Of a stretch of 64,000 nt of DNA, positions 12,481 through 25,339 are shown piece after piece. Each line of letters starts with the position of its first letter. The first letter of the stretch is position 1. The DNA is taken from NCBI GenBank assembly GCA_965287045.1, contig OZ336888.1, positions 20,522,001 to 20,586,000 of the forward strand, given 5' to 3'. The notes beneath the pieces are model-generated. The model was not told the DNA's origin. It did not search any database and saw only the letters and a list, made by a program, of their open reading frames with translations. The translations under genes were made by a program, and so were the position numbers. The stretch is from Carcharhinus amblyrhynchos (lineage: Eukaryota).

Positions 12481-14119
12481 CATCGTAGAGTTAGAGGTTT
12501 ATAGTTGTAGAAGAAAACGGTTGCTTCGGCCCAATTTGTCTATGCTGCCCAGTTTTTATCACTAAGCTAATCCCAATTGCCCACATTGGGCCCATATCTC
12601 TTTCTATACGCATCTTACATGTAATTGTCTAAATGCTTTTTAAAATAGAAAATTGTACCCACCCCTACTACTACCTCTGGCGGCTGGTTCCAGACACTCA
12701 CCACCATCTGAGAAAATTGCCTCCTGGATCTTTTGCATATCTCTCCTCTCACCTTAAACCTATGCCCTCAAGTTTTGGACTTCCTTACATTAGGGAAAAA
12801 ATGTTGACTGTCTACCTTATCTACGGCCCTTCGTTATTTCAGAGACCTTTTATAAGATCATCCCTGCGCTCCGGAGGAAAAAGGCCCCGGTCTCTCCAGC
12901 GTCCCATCAAGTTCCAGTGGCATCCTAGTAAATCTTTTCTGCACTCTTCCTCATTTAATAATATCCTTTCTATAATAGGGTGACCAGAACTCAACACAGT
13001 ATTCCAGGTGTGGCCTTACCAATGCCTTGTGCAACTTCAAGTCATCCTAACTTCTGTATTCAATGTTCTGACCAATGAAAAACATGCTGAATACCCTTTT
13101 CACCACTTGGTCCGTGTGTGACTCCATTTACAAGGAGCTATGAACCTGTACTCTTAAATCTCTTTGCTGTATAACTCTCCCCAACACCCTATCATTTAAC
13201 TAAGTAGGTCCTGCCCTGATTCGATGTTCCAAAATGTGAGGTGACTCACTTATCTAAATTAAACCCCATCTTCCATTCATTGACCCACTGGCCCAATCGA
13301 TTAAGGTCCAGTCTATATGACTGTCCACAATGCCACGAATCTTGGTGTCATCTGCAAACTTACGAACCACGTCTCCCAAATTCTCACCCAAATCGTTAAT
13401 ACAAATAATAAACAGCAGTGGACCCAGCACCGATCCCTGAGGCGAACCGTTGGTTACAGGCCTCCAGTTTGAAAAACAACCCTCTACAACGACCCTTTGT
13501 CTTCTGTCGTCAAGACAATTTTGTTTCCAATTGGCGACCTCACCATGAATCGCATGAGATTTAACCTTGTGCAGCAATCTACCAAGCGTTACCTTGTGAA
13601 AGGCCTTGCTAAAGTTCATGTAGACAACATCAACTGCACTGGCCTCATCTACCTTCTTGGTTACCCCTTCAAAAAACTCAATCAAATTTATGAGACATGA
13701 TTTTCCACTCACAAAGCCGTGCTGACTGTCCCTAATCAGTTCTTGTATCTCTAAATACCTGTAGATCCTGTCTCTCAAAATACCTTCTAGCAACTTACCC
13801 ACTAAAGAAGTTCGACTCACTGGTCTGTAGTTCCCAAAGCCCTCCTTAAACAAAGGCGCAACATTTGCCATCTTCCAATTTTCAGGCACCTGACCTGAAG
13901 CGGTAGATTCAAATATTACTGCTAGGGGACCTGCAATTTCCTCCCTAGACTCCCGCCAACTCTGAGGATACATTTCGTCAGGCCCTGGGAATTTATCGAC
14001 CTTGATGTGCTTTAAGATTTCCAGCACCACCACCTCTGTAATATGTCTACTCCTCAAGACATCACTATTTATTTCCCCAATTTTCCTAACATCCATGCCT
14101 TTCTCAACAGAAAATACCA
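12481..14119 (-). mobile_element. 5'-truncated CR1 LINE, antisense, nested
   Basis: 288-aa ORF with NYRPVS, SCLINLIEFFE, PQGSVLGPLLF and KFADDTKI RT motifs; 3' UTR toward 12481. Confidence 0.95.
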
Positions 14120-15128
14120 ACTAGTGGGGTACAGCAGGGATCAGTGCTGGGACCTGAGTTATTTACTATCGATATTCATGATTTCATGAGGAAACAAAAG
14201 GTAATATCTCCAAATTTGCAGATGATACAAAACTGAGAGGGTGAGCTGTGAAAAGGCTGTAGAGATCCTAGAGTGTGATTTGGACAAGTTGAGTGAGTGG
14301 GAAAATGAATGGCAGATGCAGTATAATTTGGATAACGTAAGGTTATTCACTTTGGTAGCAAAAACGAGAAGGCAGATTACTTATCAAAAAGGCCGTAAAT
14401 TAGGAGAGGGGAAGTGTGTAACAAAACTGGGTATCCTCATCCACCAGTTGCTGAACACAAGGATACAAGCGCAGCAGGCAGTAAAAAAGGCAAATAGCAT
14501 GCCTCTTCATAGCAAGAGGATTTGAGTACAGCAACAGGGACGTCTTGTTGCAATTATACTGAGCCTTGGTGTGACCACATCTGGAATATTGTGTGCAGTT
14601 TTGGTCATCTTAGCTGAGGAAGGATGTTCTTGCTCTAGAGGGAGGGCATGCAAGGTCGACCAGACTGATTCCTGGGATGGTAGGATTGGCGTATGAGGAT
14701 TGATTGAGTCAGTATTATATTTGCTGGAGGTCAAAAGAATGAGGGGGCATCTCAGAAACTGCTGAAATTCTAAGAGGATTACACAGGGTCGATGCAAGAA
14801 AGATATTCCCATTGGTGGGAGTGTCTAGAACTCTGGGTTAGAGTCTGAAGATAGAAAGTAGACTATTTAGGACAGAGATTGGGAGAAATTTCTTCACTCA
14901 GCATAATCAGCCTGTGGAATTCGCTACAATAAAGGTAGTTGAGGCCAAAACATTGTATGTTTTCAAGGAGCAGCTAGATTTAGCACTTGGGCAAAGGGGA
15001 TCAAAGAATATTGGGGGTAGGCAGGATCAGGTTATTGAGTTGGATGATCAGCTGTGATCTTAATGAATGGTGGAGCAGGCTCCAGGGCTGAATATCCTCC
15101 CCCTGCTCCAGTTTTCGATGTTTCTATC
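14120..15128 (+). mobile_element. CR1 LINE RT/3' end (right part of interrupted element)
   Basis: Resumes actagtggggtacagcagggatcagtgctgggacc (TSGVQQGSVLGP); tttgcagatgatacaaaa (FADDTK); CR1 tail. Confidence 0.9.
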
Positions 15129-15885
15129 TAATGCTTTAAAAAAAGGCCTTGTGCAAAATTCAACATGCCTGCTTTGCATTCAGTTCCCCCAAATCTGAAA
15201 CAAGAATCTCATTTGTTGAATACATGTTGCTGTCTGCACTCCAACCTCTGTAACTTTGCAGCCTGAAATCTCAAAAGAAATGTTAACATTGATAAACTGT
15301 TTACTTTTGCCTTTATTCTCTCCAAATTATTTGACCTTGTTTTTATTTTTGTGTTTCCCTGAGCTATTGGCAACTTTTAATATGGTTGACCCATGTCCTA
15401 CCTCTTTTGATCACTGTCCTCACTTGCATCCATTCTTTGTGGAACCAGAGTTTGTCTATAAATAACTCATCTTCCTCTCATGTTATGAAAATGAAGAAAA
15501 ATATAACATTGCTATGAGCCAGTAAAGATTGTAGCCCAATCCATGCTAAATGCATTTCAACGTTATTGGCTAAAGTGGTTATCTTAAAAATTGCCCTGAA
15601 TGGGCTTCTCTGATATTGTTCCAATAGAGAATACAATGTGCACTTGATTTTGTGCAGTGAAATATTGATTGGAAAAAATCTAGACTGCCTAGTCTAGGAA
15701 TTAGTGCATTTTAAGTTCAAAGATTGGGTGAAATATGAATTGAGTGTACATTTAGGCAGCGTGGTGAAACTTTGCACAGTTTAGCATCACTGAATAGTGC
15801 AGCATTTCAAAATCTGATCACTGTTTATGTTGTGCAGTTGCTTATCTTTAGGTGTCAGAGTTATAATGGTTGAGTCATTGATTAT

Positions 15886-15907
15886 TGTGTGTGTGTGTGT
15901 GTGTGTG
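15886..15907 (+). repeat. (TG)n microsatellite
   Basis: About 11 TG units read directly. Confidence 0.95.
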
Positions 15908-18900
15908 GTAGTCAGAGGAAAGAGTCCAGTGTGGGGCTGAGACAGTAGGTGGAGGAGGGGGTGCATTGTGGGGTTGGGAGGGTAGTTGAGGGTGGCGGGA
16001 ATTGGGAGGACAGTTGGGAGAGAGGATCTAACAGGGAATTGGGAGTATGGTGGTCGGGGTAGGGTGGGGGAGATGATCAGAGGAGGGTGGCCTGGAAAGA
16101 GTAATTGGATGGTTGGTGGATGCCCAGTGCATGAGATCAGTAGTTATCCAGGAGTTAGAACTGTTTTTAATCCTTCTAATATTTCCCAGGTCATTATTCT
16201 GCCAAGTAAGTCAGAACGATCTGAAGTCTTTGATTTTAAATTGATATTTTCGATGATTCCAAAGGCAGAATAATTGCCTAACAGATGTTGAAACTTCCAG
16301 GTCAATTTCCATGCATGGGAGATGTTTGAGGGATTCACTAGCACATCATTTGAGATATTTCCTGAGTGTGACCATTTGGAGAACAGAAACTCTGGGCCAA
16401 TTAATCAGTTCAGACTGCCATCTTGAAAAGCACTCAAATTTTTTGTCTTCGTTCACCTAATTCAGATTAGGAGTGTAAATTTATATGTTTGAATTATTTG
16501 GAAGAAAGGTGTAACCATTTACTTTACTACACTTAGTTTCAAGATTGTTCCATTTAATTATAACTGCGCTTAAAAAGTAATTGATATGTATCTTGCTGGA
16601 GTGAGGTCTCTCTTGGCACATTGGCCAGTTGGATTATATTCTTCAGCACAATTTTATTTGTGCCATAATATTTATTTGGAGTGCAAGTTTCCAATCTTGG
16701 CTTGGTGAATATGACATGTATCAATCATATATCTGGAAGCTTGGGTGCAGGGTGAGACCAACTGTGCACACTCTTAATCAATAAGATTTAAGGATTGAAA
16801 AATAAATTGGAATGGTTAAGGAACAGAATGAATTAAAACCAAATTAGGTAGGAAGAGAAATGAAGGTTGGGCGGGGGGGGTGATGGAATTAGAGTAAGAG
16901 CGGGGAAGAGAAGCAAGAAGAAGAAGATCTTTTAAAAAGTTACATTTACAAGACTCTTTAAAATGTTGAGCCATTTCACAGTTGAAGGATGTGACTCCAC
17001 AGTTTAATGTGTTCTTCAGCTAGTTCTCAAATCTAACTGGGAGGACATAGGTGAGATTTAATTTATGTAAAGTGGGCTCTGGGTATTCGCATCTAATGGC
17101 TTGCTTTTTGAACCTTGAACTTTTCAAATAATGTCTTTAATTGTGAACTGCCTTAATATGTCATCAGGATGTGATAAAGTGTTGCAAAAATGGAAGCATT
17201 TGCTTTGTTACGGCATTGTGTATTTACATAATGCCTTTAACATTAATGTTCGCAGGCATGCAGCCAGATAAAAGTTGGCATTGTTCCAAAGCAGGTGATA
17301 TTGATGTGGGTGACTAAAAGCGAGCTTAAAGTTTCGTTATAAGTAGGCTCTTAAAAGTGGAGAGAGATATGAAGAGGTTTAGGCAGGAAATTTTGTAGCT
17401 TAGGAATTAAATGTACACTGATTAATTGTGAGACAAAAGAGGTAGGGGATTCAAAAGAAGCACAAGCAACAGTTTATGATATCTCCTCTTTTATTTTCAC
17501 AAATGCCCCACTGACATATCATCGGACGTCAACAAGCATCAAAGTCCTGGCATCACACTATAGTGCTTCTGAAAAAAGTGGAAGTTTTATTTATAATGAA
17601 TATTTTCAGTATGCCTAGCAAGTTAGCAAGATGAAATTTCTTCAAATCTGGAGATTCAGTTTTGGGCTCTGAGGTTTAAAATTGAGTATTGAGTCAGTGA
17701 ATCAATAAGGTGGGTGTTGCAACTGCCACACACCCAGCGCTGAAGTTTCGTATCTGTGCACTTGATTGATAATTGCGAATGACATAATTAAATTTGATCA
17801 TTAATACTCAATTTTTAAAAGAACTAGTACAAATAATGATTAGCATAGGTGTTTCCAGCTCTCCATTTCCATTTAATTATTTTGAAGAATTTTCTTCAGT
17901 AAGTGATATGGCATCCATTGACAGAAGTAGCTGGGAAGAGCTAATGAGCTTATAGTGTAAGGGATTTCAACGCACCACAATTGAGATGGCCTTTAAATTA
18001 CTTTTGTGATTTCTCAGCTGTATTTGCATTTACTTAATTTTTGATGTCATTATTGTTTTTTTAAATAAAGAATATAATAAAACCTAAATTAGAGAAAATT
18101 ATAACACATTTTGAACATTTAATTTTGAACATTAATTTGCCTTTTTGTACTGTCAAGTAGATGTGAACTTTACATGGCATCCTTTTAGCAAAATACGCTG
18201 AAGATATTGTCAAGATGCCCATTATATTGGAGTGGATTATGATCAGTCACTTTATACTTCATATACAAAAATTAAGTTAAAAATTGGCTTCTGTTGATGG
18301 CCCAGGTCCCACCACTTAGCTTGGATTCATCTGTAAATTTAATTTGGCTGCTAAGTGCAATAGGTACATTGGACAGTGGATCGAGAGAAAATGTTCCTGC
18401 TCATTAAAGGATCACGAACAAAAAGGCACAGATTTAAGGTGATTTGCAAAAGAAGCAAATGAGAAGAATCATTTTCAAACAGCCAATAATTAGGGTCAGG
18501 AATGCACTGCTTGGAAAGAGAATGGCACTGAGTCATAATGCTGGTGCAGTCATGATGGGCTGAATGGCCTCTTGTGCTGGAACATACCTGTGATTCTGAA
18601 ATTCTATTGTATCTCTGCAGTGAGTAACTGGCAGCTCTCCATTTCCAATCTCTATAAAGGACATGAAAAACGTTGCTGAAGTTCTTCTGTGCGTGCTTGG
18701 GTGACTGGATATATATGGATAATGAATGTTGCCAGGTCCAGTAAAGGCAGGTCATATTGAGAACTTAAAGCTGCCATTCATGAAATGTGTTAGTATAGAA
18801 TTTTCTGGATCTGGCTATACTTTTTAAAAAGAAGATAAAAAGGAGAATATGGTGACAGCAATGGTCAGGAAACCTTTGCATTTTCTGCATAGACTCTGAC

Positions 18901-19269
18901 GTATCTGGCAAGACCTAATTGAATGACCATAGGTGAAGTGCCTCCCTTGAATGGACATGCTAAGACATTTCCATACATTTTCACCCTGTGTAACCAGTCA
19001 AAAATGGCATTCAGCAAGAAAGCTGGTCTTGTTAATGCTGTGTTTGGTTGTTTGCTGATGTCTTTTCCACTTCCACCCAAGAGGTTGGGGAGCAGCAGGA
19101 ATCTCATTACCGGGAAAAATAAAATAAATTAATTTTGGGCAGTGTACCAGCCATTATATTACATTCGGGGTCTATGTACATCACAAATCTTTCTGCATCG
19201 CTGTAAGGCTAATGAATGCTGGCATGTGAAATATTAGATTAAATTAACTTTCTGAGAGAGGCAGTATAA

Positions 19270-19610
19270 TGGGCTTTAACATCTTTGAATGTGAATAAAT
19301 CCCTGGTCTCAGATCAAATGTATCCTCGTCTGTTAAGAGAAGTAAAAGAAGAAAAATAAGAGGTTCTAACCATCATTTTTCACTCTACTGGCTGCAGGCA
19401 TTGAGCCAGAAACGGAGGACAGCTAAGGTTGTACCATTGTTTAAAACAGGATAATGAGATACACCTCGTAATTACAGGCCAGTCAGCCAAACTTTGATGG
19501 TGGGAAAATTTTGAGGGACAGAACAAATCTTTATTTAGAAAGACAGAATAATGAAAGACGACATGGATATAAGAAAAGGCTGTCTCAGATTAAGATGTTG
19601 ATGCATTTAA
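19270..19610 (+). mobile_element. Old CR1 LINE fragment
   Basis: aataaatccctggtctcagatcaaatgtatcc...aattacaggccagtcagcc (NYRPVS), frameshifted. Confidence 0.7.
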
Positions 19611-20374
19611 TGGAGTGTTAGGAAATAGAGCTGGTTCAAACAATTTGATTTGTATTGAGGCTGTTAGAAATAAGGTTTAAGCTTAACTTTTGTTTTTTCT
19701 TTTTTGTGTGCTAAAAAAGGGTTAAATGAAAAGGTGTGAACCTTTATGGATTTTCGTTTCACTTTAAGCTTGCCTGCATTGTAATTAAAGATTTACAATG
19801 TAAACACAATTATCGAAGTTAAGAAAAATACTATGCTGTTGCAGCCAGAGTGAGTAAAAGCAGTTGTTTTTAGTTGGAACAGGTAAACCAAAAAATAAGA
19901 CGCTGCTCAGAGCTTATCAGTACAAGCAGGACAAAAAAATAAATGTCAGACAAAAACAAGGGAATGAGGGGACCAGTCCCAGAAAGACTGAAAGCAAGAG
20001 TTGTGGTCAGACCAGTTGGCTCACAGTGTAGCAAGCATTTCATGATGAGAAATCCACAGTTGTTGAGCTGCAACTGTCATTTTGTTTCAGCGGGTGATAT
20101 GTCCAACTACGTTTCATCTGTTGGTTCACGTGGACGTGTGCATCCTGAGAACATTAAGACAGAACATATATTTTGCAACTTGTGCTATATATTAAATGTG
20201 TAAATCTTTGAAGGGATTCAAGAAGGCAGATGGGACATTTCCCTTCATTAGCCAAGGCACAGAATATATGAGCAGGGACATTGTGCTGGAACTGTATGGC
20301 TCATTAGGTCAAAGCTGGGTTGCGATGCATTTCTGGTCACTAATCACTGTTCCATAGAATTGATGTAATTGCAA

Positions 20375-21974
20375 TAGGAAAGATAGAGGTATTGGGGTTC
20401 TTGAGAAAAATTAAGGTAGACAAGTCCCCAGAGCCTGATGGGATATACCCCAGAATACTGAGAGAGGCAAGGGAAGAAATTGCTGGGGACTTGAGAAATC
20501 TTTGTATCCTCACTGGCTACAGGGGAGATCCCAGAGAATTGGACAATAGCCAATGTTGTTCCTTTGTTTAAGAAGGGTAGCAAGAATAATCCAGGTAATT
20601 ACAGGCCAGTGAGCCTACATCAGTGGTAGGGAAATTACTGGAGAGGATTCTTCGAGTCAGGATTTATTCCCACTTGGAAATAAGTGGACATATTAATCAG
20701 AGGCCACATGGTTTTGTGAAGGGGAGGTCGTATCTCACGAATTTGATTGAATTTTTCGAGGAAGTGACAATGATTGATGAGGGTAGGGCAGTGGATGTTG
20801 TCTTCATGGACTTCAGTAAGTCCTTTGACAAGATCCTTCATGGCAGATTGGTACAGAAGGGGAAGTCGCATGGGATCAGAGGTGGGCTGGCAAAGTGGAT
20901 ACAAAACTGGCTTGGTCAAAGAAGACGGAGGGTAGCAATGGAAGGGTGTGTTTCTGAATGGAGGGTGATGACAAGTGGTGTTCCTTAGGGATCAGTGATA
21001 GGACTTTAGCTGTTAGTAATATATCTATTGGAGGAAAACGTATCTGGATTGATTACTAAATTTGCAGACGACACAAAGGTTGGTGGATTTGCGCGTAGCG
21101 ACGAGGACTATCAGAGGATACAGCAGGATATCGATCAGTTGGAGACTTGGACGGATAGGTGGCAGATGGAGTTTAATCCAGACAAATGTGAGGTAATGCA
21201 TTTTGGAAGGTCTAATACAGATGGGAAATGTACAGTAAATGGCAGAACCCTTAACAGTATTGATAGGCAAAGGGATCTGGGTGTACGGGTACACAAGTCG
21301 CTGAAAGTGGCAATGCAGTTGAAGGTAGTCAAGAAGGCATGTGGCATGCTCGGCTTCATTGGCCAGGGTATTGAGTTGAAAAATTGGCAGGCCATGTCGC
21401 AGCTTTAGAACCTTAGGTCGCAGTTGGAATATAGTGTTCAATTCTGGTTGCCCCACTACCAGAAGGATGTGGAGTCTTTAGAGAGGGTACGGAAAAGATT
21501 TACCAGGATGTTGCCTGGTATGAAGGGCATTAGCTATGAGAAAAGATTGGAGAAACTTGCTTTGTTCTCACTGGAGCGATGGAGGTTGAGGGGAGACCTG
21601 AAGGAAGTCTACAAGGTTGAGAGGCATGGATAAAGTGGATCGTCAGAAGCTTTTTCCCCACAGTTGAAGAGTCAGTTAATAGGGGGGAAATGTTTAAGGT
21701 ACAAGGCGCAAGGTTTAAAGGAGATATACGAGGCAGATTTTTTTAGAGGGTGGTGGGTGCCTGGAACTCGTTGCCGGGGGGAGACAGTGGAAGCGGATAC
21801 CGTAGTGACTTTTAAGGGGCGTCTTGACAAGTACACGAATAGGATGGGAGTTGAGGGATATGTTGCCCGGAAGGGTAGGGGTTTTTGTTAGTCAGGCAGC
21901 ATGGTTGGTGCAGGCTTGGAGGGCTGAAGGACCTGTTCTTGTACTGTAATTTTTTTTTTGTTCTTTTGTTCTTT
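20375..21974 (+). mobile_element. 5'-truncated CR1 LINE nested in an older CR1 3' region (host pieces ~20210-20370 and ~21975-22370)
   Basis: Consecutive RT ORFs (LTNLIEFFEE, DFSKSFDK, KFADDTKV, YSVQFWLPHY) broken by stops and frameshifts; ttcttttgttcttt tail. Confidence 0.93.
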
Positions 21975-24900
21975 GAAGTTGCCTGGATTGCAAGTGCTTA
22001 CTAATGAGGGAAGACTGAAGAGGCTAGGCTTGTTTTCTTAGGAACAAAAGAGGCTGAGGGGAGACCAAACTGAAGTGCATCAAATTCTGAGGGGTTTTGA
22101 TTGAAGTGCCCACTCCTTTAGCTTGAAGGATGCACAGATTTAAAGCAAGAAATAGGAGACTTAGAAGAGATTTGAGGGTTTTCTTTCATCCAAACCATGA
22201 CAAAGATCTGGACCTCGCTGCGTGAAAGGGGGCAGTTGAAGCAAAAACCCTCAAGTACAAGGCTACAGCACAAGACTAGAAAGTGGGATGAGGCTGGATT
22301 GCACCTTGTCGATCACCATGGACATGATGGGCTGAACAGCCTCTTTCCAGCCTGTATATTTGTATGATTCTCTGCAGGAACAGAAATTGGAAAAGCTCTT
22401 GCTGGAAAAAATATGTGACGTTTTTGGTGCCAATAATTCTCTATGTAAAATCTGAGAGGTGAATTTGGTTTGTAACATGTATAACACTCCAATCTATGCC
22501 TCACTTAAAGAGGGCTCTTGATATGGAAGTAGAATTAATGAAAGAAATTTAATGAGATACAACTCATGAGTAAGCACAGCTGTTCCTACCTGAAATAAGT
22601 GGCATACAACCAGTAACTTTGAACTTGATTTCAGTGCAAATTGTAATCACTTGTTGACTGACGTAGTTGACTGCTTGCAACTGGATATTGGATTTTTTTT
22701 AGTGGTAGCAAATGTGCTGATTTTGCAGTGGAATTAGACTTGATGTGTATGTGGGCATTTTTTAAGTGTTAGCATATATGTACAAATGATGTGCGTCGTT
22801 TTTGACATGTGCTGATGAGCTAAACAAGCGCTTTGACATGCATGTTCTTTTGCTGGTAGGGAGGTTGAATTGATAAGGAATGTTTAATCAATATGATTTA
22901 TTAATTTTTCACTCTTGGTGAAAAACGGTTTAAAATCTTCTGGCATTTAATTGAGTAAGATTCATATTTAGAACCATGATAACTGCAAGAAGAACAAATG
23001 GTGTGAAAATGGCCAATGCATATTTTTCTTTTGGGGTTGAGAATGGATCAATGATCCGACTCTCAAGGTTGGATTTCGTAGTATAATTAAATGGAGCCAG
23101 TGCATGGGTCCTTGCCTTCTACTGTCTGAACTAAACAACTATCAGTGTGCAAGTACCATAAAGAAACTAATGCAGGGATTCCCAAACTGGGCGTCACAAT
23201 CCCTAATGGGGTGATGAGGTGAAATTTTGAGGTCATGAACTATGAGGCAGCAATTACGACTCCGAAGTTCAGATTAATTTCTAGCAGTTACGAAGTTCCT
23301 TAACGTTCTTGCATTTTGTTTTTTTGGTGGGCATGGACTACCCTGGTCCAGTTGTAGCTGCAAAAAAAACCGGAAAATAGATACTTTTTGTAGAAACCCT
23401 GTCTTTTATTCAACTCTCCCACTCAACTCGGTTTGCCAACCAAACCCACCTTCCATCACCACCCCGTCACGTAATCAAGAAATAAAGTCCCCTTTTGCCC
23501 AGCAACTATAACTCTCTCTCACTGCTGAACAACTGAAACCTTTTCTCCTTCCCCAGCCCAATACCGTCTAAAATTCCAATCCAAGCATGACATCAAGTCT
23601 GAGCCTTTAAAATGGGGCATATTGAAAAAAGTTTGGAAAGAACTAAACTGAAGCTTCAAGGACAGTTCTTTGATTAATGTTGCATTGATTCGAATGAAAG
23701 TTAGAGGACCTTTGTGTGTATCGGTTCCATTTTGATTCTGACGGTAGCGATTCAAATGTGCAAGCTCTGGATTTACATGTTACGTCATTTCATGTAAAAC
23801 GTTTCATCTGAACAACTTGTTTCATTAGCTCCCCAAGAGCAATTGTATGTAAGATGTCGGTATTGTAAATTGTTACTTGTGTTGTACAGTGTTTGTTACT
23901 TTTGCTGCTATCTTTGTCAATAGTCAAATTTTTTCTCGTTATGAACTTAAAATGTGATGTTTTGTCATCTTAAATTATTGAATGTGTGGTGAAAATTTCA
24001 GGAGGGCAAACTGCTGAAACTGAGCTGAACTATTGCTGCCAGGCTTTTAGCGCTCACTACTTATTGTGCCGAATTGGAAACCACTCCCATAAATAAGTTC
24101 TTGCTTTCCAAGAAATCAGTGCGACTTTAAATGCACAACATCTTATAATGTATTGGCTAGAGGTTGAATCCAAGTCTTTGTTCTTGTAATTAGTTGACTG
24201 ACTTGACATGACTCCTCTGTATTTATTTTTGGTCTTTTGGACAGTGAAAAAATAAACACTTCATCACATTATTCATTTGAGCATGATTTTAATTTATCAG
24301 ATCTAACGATGCTTTGTTGAACACCAGTCGGATCCGAGGTGCAAATCTTTTCACAGTGATTTGCAAGCAAACACCTTTACTTTAATTACCTAATGTCAGA
24401 ACAAGACAAGTGACCTGTCTCTCGAGAAATTATACGGGGCCTCATTTACCAGGAGTGAGCCTGTTCCCTTCAGGCTGCCAACAGTGCTACTTTGCAGACA
24501 GGAATTCACTTGCAGTAAACACACAAAATTGCCAAAACCCACTTTGATTTCTTCATATCCATTGGGAGTAATAAAAACATATCCACGCTTAGTGGCCGCA
24601 GGATTTTTAAAAAAGTCTCTTATTTCAATCCACCTGTTCCTGTGAAGACAATTTTCATATCACAACTGTGGTTCTAAAAGCTTGTTTTTCCTCACCAATT
24701 CGATGCTGATTTTGCTAGTTTCAAGATTTCTCAATGTTTACAAAGTTGCTGCTACTGGTTTTTTGTGGGAGCTGCGTCTATGGCTCCCAAATTTAAATCA
24801 TCTTTGTCATGGCTGCAAACCATAGCCTTGTCCAGATGAACAGCCAATAGTATTGTGATTCCAAAATGTGAGTTTTCCGATCAACTGAGAAGCTTTGGCT

Positions 24901-25339
24901 GAGTCCTGGATATGTCTTGATGACCTTGGACGCAACTGCATGAAGCAGAAAGGAAGGTCACCTGGCTGTTTTATTGATTCACTGTATTCATCTCTCCTGC
25001 AGTAAGGGTCTGGCATTATGGAGGCATGGATACAAGGTGACTAAGGATGGGAAATAAAAAGTCCATCATACTCAACATTTCGAAGAGACCTGCAGAATGT
25101 AATAGGAAGAGGGGTGGCCCTGATACTGAGGAAAATTTGCAAGGGCATGGAGTCATGTATGGCATTAAAGGAGACCACTTGGTCCACCCAAGTCCATGCT
25201 GCTTCTTCTGTGGCTCTGCAAGTTTGCTTTTCAAGTGTCCATGTTATTTCTTTCTGAAATCATTGACGACAAAATATTTCTTCCCCGTATTGCCCCTCCA
25301 TCTCCATTCAAAATCTAAAATGTGTGTCCCCTATTTGTA

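Noticed and set aside
13254-14120. 288-aa reverse transcriptase ORF as a retron, group II intron or domesticated gene
   Set aside because: Ordinary truncated CR1 ORF2 with several homologues in the window and a frameshifted continuation.
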